Part shown: one piece after another, positions 62,314 through 64,000 of the stretch
Numbering within the stretch: the first letter of the stretch is position 1
Layout: each line of letters opens with the position of its first letter
Assembly: GCA_047495785.1 (NCBI GenBank)
Contig: JBLDXI010000024.1
Span: forward strand, 5,332,001 to 5,396,000
From: Lepidodermella squamata
Taxonomy: Eukaryota > Animalia > Gastrotricha
DNA length: 64,000 bases
Direction of reading: 5' to 3'
Program-made: the position numbers and the translations under genes
The notes under the pieces: generated by a model
What the model saw: the letters and a program-made list of their open reading frames with translations, nothing else
Told to the model about the DNA's origin: nothing
Databases searched by the model: none

Positions 62314-64000
62314 TCACACTGTACAAAATGGCGTATCGGTCCACTGAAAAATAATTGTGACTTTATAATGCTATTTTGACATATCATTTCTCACCTTGCC
62401 GTCGGTATTACATAGAATGGTCGAATCGCCAACAAGTCTATAGCCGTCGTTACATTGGAAGACGAAGAATGCGCCAACTGGGAACATGGCGTTGTTGTTC
62501 TGCGTTATCAGCTGCGCTATGACTTGGGCGTTCAATGGAATCATAGGCGTGGGACAACTGATGCCAGGGAAGGCGGCCGAAGGAGAGGCCATTGCAGGCG
62601 CCATCTGCGGAGGAGGAAAAGGGGGTAACTGAACCCGCGGGGTGGGTAGCATAGCTGGGGCCGGCGTTGGCGGTGGAGGTAAAGGCATGTTCGTGACAGG
62701 TGGTGATGGGAGTTGGGGCTGGAGAGCTGTGCCGTCCTCGCAGAAGAACACGCTTGCACTCCAGGTGCCATCTCTCAAGCATGTCATTATCCCGGTTACC
62801 TTTCACATCGCAATATTCTCTAAAATTCTCTCATTCTTAAGGACTTACTTGAAATCCTGGTTCGCATTGGTATTGGATGAATTCACCAACAGCGTAAGTT
62901 GCCGATGAGCTGATTGGGGCCGCATTCGCTGGAGCTCTCGGCGCTTGGCACGTCGCACCGGTTGCAGCAGCAAGAGCGTTTCTAAACCCCGATAAAACAC
63001 CCCTAGTAGTTGGCTGACACGTCATCGAGGCAGACGACCAGGTACCATCAGATCTACATTGAACAGTGCCGAAAATCGTATACCCAGCTTGACATCCGTA
63101 TTGCACGTAATCTCCTCCAGCGTACTCATCGGGGGCGAAAGATCCGGTCGAGAGGGCTCTGCTGTTACGAAGTGTCGTCGAGTAGGTTGGCAAATCGGGT
63201 GATTGGCAGTAAATTGATGGCATTGTGGTAGTTGTCGTGGTCGTTGTCGTAGTGGTGGTCGTCGTTGTAGTTGTTGCCAAGTCGCACTGCAAACACGTTT
63301 TACCGTATTTCAAGAAATGCATTATTCAACTCACCACAAAATCGCTCGCAGTCCATTGACCGTTTGTTTGGCAGGTCAGTAAAGCCGTTCCTGTAAGGCG
63401 TCCCAACCGCCCGCTTGGTGTGAATCCATTTTCACAAGCCAGTGTGATAACATCGCCAGGATTATAAGCTCCGTTTCGATTGCTGGGCGCAAAGATCGGG
63501 CAGGAATGCGCTGGATAAACTGGTTCTCCGCAAAGTATCACTAACATCAGAGAAAATGAGATTATGCGTAGATTTGGCTATACATGCTCACGCTTCTTTT
63601 GACAGTTGAAGTTCAACGGACTCCACGATCCACTTTGAAGGCAAGTAATTTGTGGCGGTCCTTGCGGCGTGAATCCATCTACGCAATCCAAAAGCAGCGT
63701 ATCACCCGCTACGTATTTGCCATTGCTACTTGGCATTGACGAAGATGGTAGGAGTCGAGAATTAGGCGGCGCAGGTGGCATGTCACACGTCACTATGAGC
63801 ATAATGGTTGGTATTCGTGTATCTTATAGCTCAGGTTACCTGGTGCCGCACGCTGGCAATCAAGAAGGCAACCTGCCCATGTCCCATCTTGTTGGCAAAC
63901 CACAGTGGCCGTGTTCCCACCGCTTGGTGGCTTCGACCCAGGGCTGCACACGAAGGTAACGCTGCGAATGCACAAATTCAACTTAGAAAACACAGCGAGC
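62314..64000 (-). CDS. 3' end of another multi-CCP secreted protein (at least 6 CCPs, poly-Thr and Pro-rich linkers), paralog of the 34-CCP gene
   Basis: CCP modules; last exon WTDTPFCTV* with stop 62314-62316; final domains collinear with 39810-40930. Confidence 0.8.

Overview
Compact, intron-rich invertebrate nuclear DNA. The taxon is not determinable, though a temptin domain hints at a spiralian. Many introns are about 50 nt; longer ones are AT-rich. Left to right: 3' end of XRN2, FITM2, a 4.8-kb gene-free regulatory region, an orphan secreted Cys-rich protein, CAMK1, an orphan coiled-coil ORF, PRPS1, a 5-CCP (sushi) secreted protein and an S1 serine protease. Next is a 3.1-kb array of 19 tRNA genes with 19 different anticodons; one copy has a deletion and one has a duplicated anticodon loop that looks like a newborn intron. 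Then come the tightly packed co-oriented genes PSMD8-RABGGTA-PDCD11/RRP5 (operon-like), with a foreign-looking structured insertion in RRP5 intron 1. The right half is a cluster of secreted CCP-repeat genes: a ~34-CCP protein, a temptin-domain + 10-CCP fusion, a 3-CCP mucin-like gene, and the 3' end of a paralog of the 34-CCP gene. The cluster is split by an intact 6,979-bp CMC/EnSpm-type DNA transposon (12-bp TIRs, GA target duplication) carrying a spliced transposase and a BEN-domain-like second gene. The most novel candidates are the temptin-CCP fusion with its CCP cluster, the non-redundant tRNA array and the tRNA-Thr micro-intron. All gene models were assembled by eye from GT-AG sites; no database searches were run.
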